From IMG/VR virus record IMGVR_UViG_3300033074_002207: a DNA stretch of 23,492 nucleotides; one strand, written 5' to 3'. The position numbers were made by a program, and so were the translations under genes. This document shows positions 13,330 through 21,166 of the stretch, in pieces. This DNA comes from a virus (Duplodnaviria; Heunggongvirae; Uroviricota; Caudoviricetes). The notes below the pieces were generated by a model. The model made no database searches. It saw only the letters and a program-made list of their open reading frames with translations, and was not told where the DNA came from. Each line of letters begins with the position of its first letter. Positions within the stretch are counted from its first letter, which is position 1.

Positions 13330-13581
13330 ATGGATAGGAAAACATACCCTCGACACACCAGCATCTTTTCGGGATGCGGTTGCATTCTTCTCATTCTTGC
13401 AATCAACTTGACACTCGGGGCTTACTGCTTCAACTACTGTCTCGGTGTTATCTGGGGTACCCAACTGAGTTTCGGGTTGGCAATCCTTGGCGGATTGTTC
13501 CTCGGAGAAATCGCCATTCCTGCGGCAGTCATCTGCTGGCTCATCACTCTTTCGGGAGTACCAACACCATTCATTCACTAA
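13330..13581 (+). CDS. Small membrane protein
   Basis: Hydrophobic 83 aa; ATG 27 nt after TCCTCA 13297. Confidence 0.78.
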   Translation: MDRKTYPRHTSIFSGCGCILLILAINLTLGAYCFNYCLGVIWGTQLSFGLAILGGLFLGEIAIPAAVICWLITLSGVPTPFIH

Positions 13582-13582
13582 T

Positions 13583-13816
13583 ATGAAAGCAAGATTTGTC
13601 ACCAACGAAGACCTCATTGTGATGCCTTTCAAGTGTCGCATTGATGAAAAGAACTACTGTGCTTTGATGCCGACAACACAATTCACAGAGAACTATGACG
13701 AACCAACAGCTTATTTGGATGGGCATTGGTGCGTCATTAAGATGGATGCCAAGATGCGCTGGTATGGTGACCCAGAAAATCCAGAAGACCCAAGACATCC
13801 AGAGGAGACAGAATGA
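13583..13816 (+). CDS. Hypothetical protein
   Basis: ATG directly after the upstream stop; MKARFVTNEDL... Confidence 0.7.
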   Translation: MKARFVTNEDLIVMPFKCRIDEKNYCALMPTTQFTENYDEPTAYLDGHWCVIKMDAKMRWYGDPENPEDPRHPEETE

Positions 13817-14136
13817 TTAACGAAATTCTCGCGCAGATTCGAGACGGCAAGTTCGACTATATACACAAGCCAACTCATATTTCACGGGTGGGTACCACTA
13901 TTAGTTCTCCAGAGTATCTCCAGAAAATGGATGAAGCCAAAGAGAACCGAGAGTGGAATCGTCAGGCTGAAGCTGGAGTGCGGAATTCATTCCGTAAGAC
14001 GCTGGCTCAAGCATACGGTGTTTCAGAACATCCGAAAGAGGAGAGGCTCTGGGAATTGGCATGGAGTAAAGGACACGCCAATGGATATGCAGAAGTTGCA
14101 TTAGAGTACGACGAACTTGTCACACTAATTACATGA
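13813..14136 (+). CDS. Hypothetical protein
   Basis: GAGGAG SD, ATGA overlap; LWELAWSKGHANGYAEV motif. Confidence 0.8.
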   Translation: MINEILAQIRDGKFDYIHKPTHISRVGTTISSPEYLQKMDEAKENREWNRQAEAGVRNSFRKTLAQAYGVSEHPKEERLWELAWSKGHANGYAEVALEYDELVTLIT

Positions 14137-14411
14137 CCAATCAAATCTGGAAAGACTTCCATGTCGTTGATATAGAGCCGCTCGACCCACAATGGTGTGG
14201 CGTGGTGTTGGCTGATGGCGAAGGGACTGTAATGTCTGCCACTTGTAAGATGGACGATAAACCATTTGACGGTGAACTAATTAGAGTCCCTTACTACTAT
14301 GAGGGAAGCGGTATTCTCAACTTCTACTCATGTGGTTTGTACAGTCCAACAGATGTCACTTCGTTGTTTAAAACCATCTCGGACGATGCTCCAAAAAAAT
14401 CCTCAAAATAA
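14133..14411 (+). CDS. Hypothetical protein
   Basis: ATGA overlap, 92 aa. Confidence 0.72.
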   Translation: MTNQIWKDFHVVDIEPLDPQWCGVVLADGEGTVMSATCKMDDKPFDGELIRVPYYYEGSGILNFYSCGLYSPTDVTSLFKTISDDAPKKSSK

Positions 14412-14432
14412 AATTTCAGTCCATATATAGAC

Positions 14433-14822
14433 ATGGAAACGAAAGACAGGGTTTTAACCGTTCGGTTTCGATGTAAGCATCTCACGGAAAGTCCCGTTTT
14501 GGGAAAAATCACCGATACGATGCTCGAAGTCGCCGCGCTTGAGTTCTTCAAGCTCTACTTCTCTGATAGCGATGAAATCAACCCCGAGGCTGGAGATTTT
14601 TACACGCTCAATCCTGTAAGCGCAATGTTTGAATACACTGTGCCGACAGACCGTGAATCAGTCATGGACTATCTGTCTCTCTGCAACGTCCCCCTCGATG
14701 AACAGAACATCCTCGAAGAAATCCGCACGAGAGAGTTGGAGAACGAAGGCATGACCCGCTCCGATGCCCAAAGCGTGGTGGATGTCGAAGTCAGAACAGG
14801 TAAGTTGAAGGTGGGATTATGA
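14433..14822 (+). CDS. Hypothetical protein
   Basis: 129 aa; ATG 27 nt after TCCTCA 14400. Confidence 0.8.
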   Translation: METKDRVLTVRFRCKHLTESPVLGKITDTMLEVAALEFFKLYFSDSDEINPEAGDFYTLNPVSAMFEYTVPTDRESVMDYLSLCNVPLDEQNILEEIRTRELENEGMTRSDAQSVVDVEVRTGKLKVGL

Positions 14823-15013
14823 AAACAGTCGTCGGACGAGTCATTGAGACATTAACAGTGGTGAAAGATGTAGAGGTAGAAGTGCCTGACAATGCCTCTG
14901 AACAAGAAATCAAAGACGCTCTGAGAGACAAAGCCTATGAAAAACTTGTGTCGGATGGCACAGGATGGGAAGGTGTATGGTCAGACGGCGTAGAGGTAGA
15001 AGTCATCGACTAA
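14819..15013 (+). CDS. Small acidic protein, DpnD/PcfM-like pattern
   Basis: VIETLTVVKDVEVEV pattern; ATGA overlap. Confidence 0.7.
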   Translation: MKTVVGRVIETLTVVKDVEVEVPDNASEQEIKDALRDKAYEKLVSDGTGWEGVWSDGVEVEVID

Positions 15014-15130
15014 AAAACCCTCAAATCCTGAAATCGCCGGATAAATAACTAGGAAAAAACCAGATGGACGCTGTATAAATATAGTGTCCATCTATCGCCC
15101 AAGTGCGAACTCAGGACAAGGAATAAAACA

Positions 15131-16438
15131 ATGGCAGTAATCGAAAAATGGCGTGGCATTTGTGCCAATCTTGCAAACAACAATAACAAGTTCTGGGAAA
15201 TCGAACTTCACGACAATCACGATGTTATCACCCGTTGGGGACGCATCGCAGAAGAGGGCAAAGCCCAATCCAAGATTTTTGCAGGTAGGGGTCGTTCTTT
15301 CTTTGAGCAGAAGATTCACGAGAAGAAGAACAAGTCCAATCCTGACGAGCGATACACCGAAGCGCGAACTCTTGATTCGGTGGGTACTGGCGGTCAATCT
15401 CGCGTCGTTCAATCATCAAATCTTGTCGAAATCGCCAAGCGCGAAATCAACTCAAACTCTGCTGATACTATTCAGTTGATTGAGCGTCTTGCTAACGCAA
15501 ACATTCACAATATCACTTCTCAAACGACTATGACTTATAACAAGGTTACTGGTCTGTTTGAAACTCCGCTCGGAATCGTTACGGCTGATGCTATCGTTGA
15601 AGCCCGTGATTGGCTCCGACAAATCGGTGACTTGGTGGCTGTCAACGACTTTGGAAATCGTGACTTTCCGAACGCAATCAATCAGTATATGCGTTTGATT
15701 CCCTCTGACTTTGGTCGTCGGCGTCTGGAACCACAAGACATTTTCCCTGACCTAACGGCTGTCCGCAACCAGAACGATATTCTGGACTCGCTAGACGGTA
15801 GTTTGCAGATGGTGCTGACGGCTCCTCCGACCACTGGTGATGCTCCTAAGCAACCCAAGTTGTTTGAGACTACTTTGCACCTTTGCAACGACGGTAAGGT
15901 ATATGACAAGATTAAGAAGATGTATGATGCAACTCGTCAAAGTATGCACGCTTCTTCAAAGTTGAATATCCACAAGATTTATGAAGTGGAGATTGCAACA
16001 ATGGATACGGCTTTCCGTCAGTATGGCTTAAAGGTTGGAAACGTCAAGTCGCTTTGGCACGGTACTCGTATCGGCAACTTGCTTTCGATTATGAAGGGTG
16101 GCTTTGTTATTCCGCCGTCGAACGCTGGTCACTGTACGGGTCGTATGTTCGGTAACGGTGTGTACTTCTCTGACCAGTCTACGAAGTCCCTGAACTATGC
16201 TATGGGCTATGCTCCGGGGCAACGTGGTGGCGCGTCTTATGACTGCTTTATGTTCGTCAATGACGTTGCTATGGGCAAGGAATATATTCCCTCCGGTCCG
16301 AACTCAAGCCTCGACCCTCGCAAGATGGGATACGATTCCACTTTTGCTCAGGCGAACCGCTCAGGCGTGATGAACAATGAGATGATTGTTTATGCAACAA
16401 CTCAAATCAATCCGCGCTATCTTGTGGAGTTCAAGTAA
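15131..16438 (+). CDS. WGR-domain poly(ADP-ribose) polymerase-like protein (WGR, regulatory and catalytic domains)
   Basis: NNNKFWEIEL...TRWGRI; LWHGT, GRMFGNGVYFSDQSTKSLNY, NNEMIVY giving the H-Y-E triad; AGGA SD. Confidence 0.92.
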   Translation: MAVIEKWRGICANLANNNNKFWEIELHDNHDVITRWGRIAEEGKAQSKIFAGRGRSFFEQKIHEKKNKSNPDERYTEARTLDSVGTGGQSRVVQSSNLVEIAKREINSNSADTIQLIERLANANIHNITSQTTMTYNKVTGLFETPLGIVTADAIVEARDWLRQIGDLVAVNDFGNRDFPNAINQYMRLIPSDFGRRRLEPQDIFPDLTAVRNQNDILDSLDGSLQMVLTAPPTTGDAPKQPKLFETTLHLCNDGKVYDKIKKMYDATRQSMHASSKLNIHKIYEVEIATMDTAFRQYGLKVGNVKSLWHGTRIGNLLSIMKGGFVIPPSNAGHCTGRMFGNGVYFSDQSTKSLNYAMGYAPGQRGGASYDCFMFVNDVAMGKEYIPSGPNSSLDPRKMGYDSTFAQANRSGVMNNEMIVYATTQINPRYLVEFK

Positions 16439-16636
16439 ATGGTACAAGTTACTTGCGAGAAGAACAAAGTTTCGGTATTCTTCAACGGCAACCTCATTGA
16501 CTCATGGAATGTTGCAAGGCATTATGGCGATGCTATGAAGTATATTCAAAAGCACCCAAATGGACGGCACGGTAAACGATTCTACAGTTGGATGAGAATG
16601 TTTGGTGAAGAAGTACCGCCAAACTTTCGCCTCTAA
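16439..16636 (+). CDS. Small hypothetical protein (paralog of 16705-16941)
   Basis: Abuts the PARP stop; HPNGRHGKRFY motif. Confidence 0.72.
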   Translation: MVQVTCEKNKVSVFFNGNLIDSWNVARHYGDAMKYIQKHPNGRHGKRFYSWMRMFGEEVPPNFRL

Positions 16637-16639
16637 TCT

Positions 16640-16671
16640 TGAGGCGAATAGGGCTGCTATTCGCCTCATTT
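16640..16671 (+). terminator. Probable terminator
   Basis: 12-bp stem TGAGGCGAATAG/CTATTCGCCTCA plus TTT. Confidence 0.65.
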
Positions 16672-16704
16672 CCCTCAAATAAATTTCTAAGAGGATAAAG
16701 AACT

Positions 16705-16941
16705 ATGAAAGTCACTTCTACAAATGGGAACGGAAGCAACGGCATTCGTGGTAGTCGAATCACTATTCGAGCCAACGATGGTGTTGTGATTGACAGGTTT
16801 ATAGTGCCATCTATGTATGGTGGTGTGAACTACTGCAAGCGTTATCCCACCGGGAAATATGGCAAGAGATTCTATGAAGGTCTCCGTAAGTGCTCTGAAT
16901 ATGAGAAGCAAAATTCCTCAAATCAGACTTGCGCGGAATAG
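16705..16941 (+). CDS. Small hypothetical protein (paralog of 16439-16636)
   Basis: YPTGKYGKRFY motif; ATG 27 nt after CCCTCA 16672. Confidence 0.75.
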   Translation: MKVTSTNGNGSNGIRGSRITIRANDGVVIDRFIVPSMYGGVNYCKRYPTGKYGKRFYEGLRKCSEYEKQNSSNQTCAE

Positions 16942-16947
16942 ATAATC

Positions 16948-17247
16948 ATGGACATTTCCGAAACCAAGAAGAAACTCAACGCGGCTTTCCAAGCACTTCG
17001 CAAGGTTGGGTATACAGCCAAGCAGAACTTCTGGTGTTGCCAGAACTGCGCGTGGCACGCTCTCACCGACGAAGAGGCTGATAAAGCAGTATTTTACCAT
17101 CAACAGGACAACGACACTTTCAAGGAAACTGGCGAGTGCTATTTGGCTTGGAGTGGCAATGGTGCTGAAATCGTTGGCATCCTCGAAGAAGCTGGTTTGA
17201 CCGTGACGTGGAACGGCTCAGACACGCAGAGGATTATGGTCAAGTAA
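16948..17247 (+). CDS. DUF6891-like protein
   Basis: LNAAFQALRKVGYTAKQNFWCCQNCAW...FYHQQD...YLAW...WNGS signature. Confidence 0.75.
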   Translation: MDISETKKKLNAAFQALRKVGYTAKQNFWCCQNCAWHALTDEEADKAVFYHQQDNDTFKETGECYLAWSGNGAEIVGILEEAGLTVTWNGSDTQRIMVK

Positions 17248-17280
17248 TCCTCATTTTGAATCCACAAGGAATATAAAATC

Positions 17281-17976
17281 ATGCAAACGCAAATCGAAAA
17301 CCTAGTATCGCAGCTTACGGGAAATGCAACTATGTTCACGGCGTTCGACATCACTATGATGTTGCGTCGGGCAAATCCCACGACCAATATTCGGCATGGA
17401 GAAGTTCGTGACGCAATTCACAATCTCTATTCCAACAACCAAATGAACGGCTTTGTCCGTGACCTTGTGCGAATGGACAATGGTCAGGAAGCCTTCGTCT
17501 ATCATGCCTATGGCACTGATGCGGAGGATTACGACCCGCTTTTTTTCGCCAATACAACCCCGCAGTTTCTGTCAGTCCCCAACGGCTTGACGACGCCTAC
17601 CCCAGCGGTGGCAAGTCCAGTTCCGACGACGAGCCAGAACTTGACGACCTCACCAACTGGTAGCAACAAGCCCAAACGCGCTCGCTACGACCTGAATCAA
17701 GTCCCGCAGGATAAGTTTGGACGAATTCGAGTCCCCGCTTCTGCTCTGCGTTCGGCTGGTTTCAATCCCAACGACACCGTTCGCGTCGTCGTTGACCCCA
17801 ATCTGATTGTTGTCACCAGTGTCAACGACCAGTATGGCGTCCAACGTTCGGGTAAGAAGTACGTTGTTGACCAGTACAACAACATTCGTGTCCATCTTCG
17901 CGGAAAGTTCCAGAGCAATAAGTTTGCAATGCAACCTGCTCCGTCGAACAACATGATTTACATTCGTCCTGTTTAA
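17281..17976 (+). CDS. Putative DNA-binding protein with C-terminal AbrB/SpoVT-like domain
   Basis: DKFGRIRVPASALRSAGFNPNDTVRV pattern after a Pro/Thr-rich linker. Confidence 0.7.
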   Translation: MQTQIENLVSQLTGNATMFTAFDITMMLRRANPTTNIRHGEVRDAIHNLYSNNQMNGFVRDLVRMDNGQEAFVYHAYGTDAEDYDPLFFANTTPQFLSVPNGLTTPTPAVASPVPTTSQNLTTSPTGSNKPKRARYDLNQVPQDKFGRIRVPASALRSAGFNPNDTVRVVVDPNLIVVTSVNDQYGVQRSGKKYVVDQYNNIRVHLRGKFQSNKFAMQPAPSNNMIYIRPV

Positions 17977-18020
17977 AAACGGACAAGGGTGTAAGGGCGT
18001 CAGACATAGAATAGAACTCT

Positions 18021-18464
18021 ATGTCTGACGCTTCAATTACCATCTCATACGAAATCACAACCATCACCAATAATGCCAACGGCATGAGCACGGTTGCCTG
18101 GGAAATGTCAGAAGCTCTGACAGCACTCACAGAAGTCCGCGCAGGTGATAACTTTAAAACCGCGTCCCTGGCTAACGGAGTTTTATCGACAGACTCTGAC
18201 TATGATAAACTAGTGAAGCTCCAAGCAAATTTCGAGGATGCTGCACTGCCATATTTCCAGGCTTTTGCTAAGAGAGTTCGATTAGCGCAAGACCAGGCAT
18301 TCACCGACTTACTCGAAACACAGACAGGCGACGTAGAAGGGCTTTCTGTGGCACCTACAGCGCCTACAGAGGATTATCATGGTGCTCTCCCACCAGCCAC
18401 CGAAACACCAGCCAAGCCCCCTAAAACTTCACTCTTGAAAGGCACAGTGAAAATCGCCAGGTAA
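18021..18464 (+). CDS. Hypothetical protein
   Basis: 147 aa; TAGAAT 8 nt before ATG; start codon buried in a 14-bp hairpin. Confidence 0.75.
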   Translation: MSDASITISYEITTITNNANGMSTVAWEMSEALTALTEVRAGDNFKTASLANGVLSTDSDYDKLVKLQANFEDAALPYFQAFAKRVRLAQDQAFTDLLETQTGDVEGLSVAPTAPTEDYHGALPPATETPAKPPKTSLLKGTVKIAR

Positions 18465-18499
18465 AAATCCTCAAAATCATTTTCCCTGGTATACTATTG

Positions 18500-18766
18500 A
18501 TGTCAGCGGCGTAACGAACCAAAGACAGTCCAAATGGGTGAGGACTCTAATCAGACACCCGTAGAATTAAGGTGGTTACTACGACAGCAAACCCCGCTGG
18601 CGCACGACAGGGAAAGTGGACGTGTACGCTGGAAACTTGCGTTATAAGTCATAAAGAACGGTGCGTGATGTCTGCCCTAAACATCACAGGGTGAGTGCTA
18701 CCATTGCGACGGTAAATGGACAAGGCTCATTAACAGCCCGGAGTGTCGTTAGCTTCGGGCTTTTTT
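18500..18766 (+). ncRNA. Candidate ~265-nt structured ncRNA with its own promoter and terminator
   Basis: TCCTCA 18468 plus TGG-TATACT; P1 TGTCAGCGG/CCGCTGGCG; GGGTG/CACCC, CGTAG/CTACG, GTGATGT/ACATCAC, CCATT/AATGG; terminator at the end. Confidence 0.7.
18735..18766 (+). terminator. Rho-independent terminator
   Basis: AGCCCGGAG/TTCGGGCT stem plus T tract. Confidence 0.75.
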
Positions 18767-18798
18767 CCTCACAAATTGTTCGGCGCGAATATAAAGAT

Positions 18799-19215
18799 AT
18801 GAATGAAGACAAGTTTTTCGAGCACTTCTCGCCCATCAAGAATCATCTCGTTGAAGACGCCCCGCACGGTGGATGTATGTTTGAAACATACGGGCAGGAA
18901 TTAGACTTCGTGCTCGCACAACCCATCAACACTGTTTGGACGGTTGTTGAAGGCGATAACGATACCATGTGGTATTGTAAGGGCTGGCTTCGAGTGAATC
19001 GACTCGGCTATCTTATCACCTCGGTGCCTTGGACAGCAGATGATGAAGATGTTCAATGTGACATGGAAGGCGAGCAAGAGATGTCTGAAGAGGATTTCGA
19101 GTCCTTGGTTGATGAAAAACTTGTTCTTGTGCGTCAAGAATACGGTGAAAGCATCGGACCAGAGGAAGCCTACCGTCTTGCAAGAAATCTTGTTAGGCAA
19201 GACCAGTCCAGCTAA
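18799..19215 (+). CDS. Hypothetical protein
   Basis: ATG 18799 is 27 nt after TCCTCA 18766; FETYGQELDFV...VWTVVEGD...VNRLGYLITSVPW. Confidence 0.82.
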   Translation: MNEDKFFEHFSPIKNHLVEDAPHGGCMFETYGQELDFVLAQPINTVWTVVEGDNDTMWYCKGWLRVNRLGYLITSVPWTADDEDVQCDMEGEQEMSEEDFESLVDEKLVLVRQEYGESIGPEEAYRLARNLVRQDQSS

Positions 19216-19248
19216 TCCTCATATCTTGAATCTGGGGCATATTTAATC

Positions 19249-19476
19249 ATGCCCCATCAAGCAGTTTCAGTTAACATTAAGGTTGATGTCACAGGCGTAG
19301 GCTTGGACGATGAAGACCTGTTTCGACAACGATGCTTCGACCGTCTTCAGGAAATCATGGCGGGCGGAATCGAATCATTCGCGGACCAAGCAACTCTCGA
19401 AGGTTTCGATGAGTTCGATGATGAGGAAGATGAGTTGGCTCAAGACTTTCTCAAGAATAAGGAGTATGGACTATGA
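19249..19476 (+). CDS. Small acidic hypothetical protein
   Basis: ATG 27 nt after TCCTCA 19216. Confidence 0.78.
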   Translation: MPHQAVSVNIKVDVTGVGLDDEDLFRQRCFDRLQEIMAGGIESFADQATLEGFDEFDDEEDELAQDFLKNKEYGL

Positions 19477-19673
19477 TGACGTTTCTTTTCGGTGTTCTTG
19501 TGGGTATTTTGCTGATGCTCGCAGTTGTTGCAGTGTTGTTCTTGCGTTGGCGTAAGGGCTATGGTTTGGTGGGCTATGCTTCCACAACTGAGCAGGCTGC
19601 TGATATGATTATGACGATGCTCAAGGCGAATCGTGCGCTGCGGAATGAAATCGTTCTGCGGCTGAAGCCCTAA
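19473..19673 (+). CDS. Small protein with N-terminal TM helix
   Basis: AAGGAG SD, ATGA overlap, hydrophobic N-terminus. Confidence 0.75.
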   Translation: MMTFLFGVLVGILLMLAVVAVLFLRWRKGYGLVGYASTTEQAADMIMTMLKANRALRNEIVLRLKP

Positions 19674-19709
19674 AATTCCTCATCTTCTACAAGCGCTGGA
19701 TAAATAATC

Positions 19710-20093
19710 ATGGCAACAACGAAACCAATCACCGCTCGGCAGTTTGAATCTTTGCTTGAAAATCTTGATTCGTACAACTGTACGGGCTTTTCTCACAACG
19801 TAGGAAATGAGCCGTCGAAGTGGGATACCTTGCACTTTAAATATGATGGCTCGCCCGAAGTTGGGGTGGGTTTTTATCTGTCACACCCGTTGACTCCTGA
19901 TAAGAGTCGCATTGACTACAATACCATTGAAGTGGGCTTCGGCGCGAAATACCCCATCGAACAGCGCTGGTCATTGCGTGTCACGAACCCTGCTCAAGTG
20001 GAACGACTCACCAAGGCTGTTGCGCCATATCTGGAGCAGTACCGTCAGTCGCTGATTCTTGGACATCGCCCGTCGATGTCTATGTTGGGGTAA
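19710..20093 (+). CDS. Hypothetical protein
   Basis: ATG 27 nt after TCCTCA 19677. Confidence 0.8.
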   Translation: MATTKPITARQFESLLENLDSYNCTGFSHNVGNEPSKWDTLHFKYDGSPEVGVGFYLSHPLTPDKSRIDYNTIEVGFGAKYPIEQRWSLRVTNPAQVERLTKAVAPYLEQYRQSLILGHRPSMSMLG

Positions 20094-20126
20094 TCCTCAT
20101 AATTAGCCATGATTTGATATAGAATC

Positions 20127-20639
20127 ATGGCTAATCCTGTTTTACAACTCGCGGAACACATTGATGAGGTTTGCGGACTTAGCACCACTGGTGGTGTAGC
20201 TTCTTTTTTCGATGAGAGCGGAAATCTGCGCCCGTGCAATCCGGGTGAAAACATTTTCGCTTTCAATGTTGCTTGCAGTCTCAACATTTATGACCCAGAA
20301 GAGCACGATTCATTCATCCAAAATGTATGGAACAACCTTGAGGGAGATTTGTCGGGTCTCAAGCATATTCAAAAAGCTCTGGATGAATTTCAAATGCCCG
20401 AATTGGACACATCTCCGCTGCAAACCATTTATGGTGTCGGCATTACCTTCGAGGATTTGATTCCAGAGGTGGGTGAAGGAGAGGAGCGACAAAACGTGAC
20501 CGTGTACGACGCTGCGGCTGATGAGTATTACCCAGCATCGCTCGCCCGCGCAGGTTTTTCCAACGATGTGCTCGATGAAGGACATATCGTCATCGTCATC
20601 AACCAAATTCCTCAATCTTCTGAAGATAAGGATAACTAA
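20127..20639 (+). CDS. Acidic hypothetical protein
   Basis: ATG 27 nt after TCCTCA 20094. Confidence 0.8.
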   Translation: MANPVLQLAEHIDEVCGLSTTGGVASFFDESGNLRPCNPGENIFAFNVACSLNIYDPEEHDSFIQNVWNNLEGDLSGLKHIQKALDEFQMPELDTSPLQTIYGVGITFEDLIPEVGEGEERQNVTVYDAAADEYYPASLARAGFSNDVLDEGHIVIVINQIPQSSEDKDN

Positions 20640-20641
20640 GT

Positions 20642-20938
20642 ATGTACAAGCTGAAGCACGTTTCTAAGCTGGAGGATATTCCAAAGGAGCCGCACTATGT
20701 CATCGTTGAGATGAACTCGGTGTTTATCCCCGGAGATGAGAGGTCTCGAACTCATCCTGGTCATGGATACCCAGAACGAACCGAATACTATACTTCTATG
20801 TGGGTGACCACCTCACGAGAAGACTGGGAGGAGGAAATCAAGGAACGCTGCGAGCGAGACCTGAAGGAAAAGGAAAAGTTTATCGCTTACCACGTTGACC
20901 ACATTGCGAGTGTATGGCTCAGCGTGGAGGTGATATGA
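20642..20938 (+). CDS. Hypothetical protein
   Basis: ATG 27 nt after TCCTCA 20609; IPGDERSRTHPGHGYPE motif. Confidence 0.8.
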   Translation: MYKLKHVSKLEDIPKEPHYVIVEMNSVFIPGDERSRTHPGHGYPERTEYYTSMWVTTSREDWEEEIKERCERDLKEKEKFIAYHVDHIASVWLSVEVI

Positions 20939-21129
20939 GAGGCAACGGCACGCCGCCCGCAGGCGGCACTCTCATCATGGCTTTTCTGCTGATGCTGCTG
21001 TTTTTTGTGATTATCACAATGATTGGCAACGGATGTGACAACTACAGAAAGAACACATATAAAGAGGGGTACGATAAAGGATATTATGACGGATACTGGA
21101 AAGCCCAGTCCGAACACGGCATCTTTTAA
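20935..21129 (+). CDS. Small TM protein with YxxGY repeats
   Basis: GGAGG SD, ATGA overlap; YKEGYDKGYYDGY. Confidence 0.72.
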   Translation: MRGNGTPPAGGTLIMAFLLMLLFFVIITMIGNGCDNYRKNTYKEGYDKGYYDGYWKAQSEHGIF

Positions 21130-21166
21130 AATTCCTCAAAATCTGATTTGACGAGATACCAGAAAC

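Noticed and set aside
18661-18798. N-terminal extension of the 18799 gene
   Set aside because: It crosses a terminator and a promoter motif; ATG 18799 fits the 27-nt rule.
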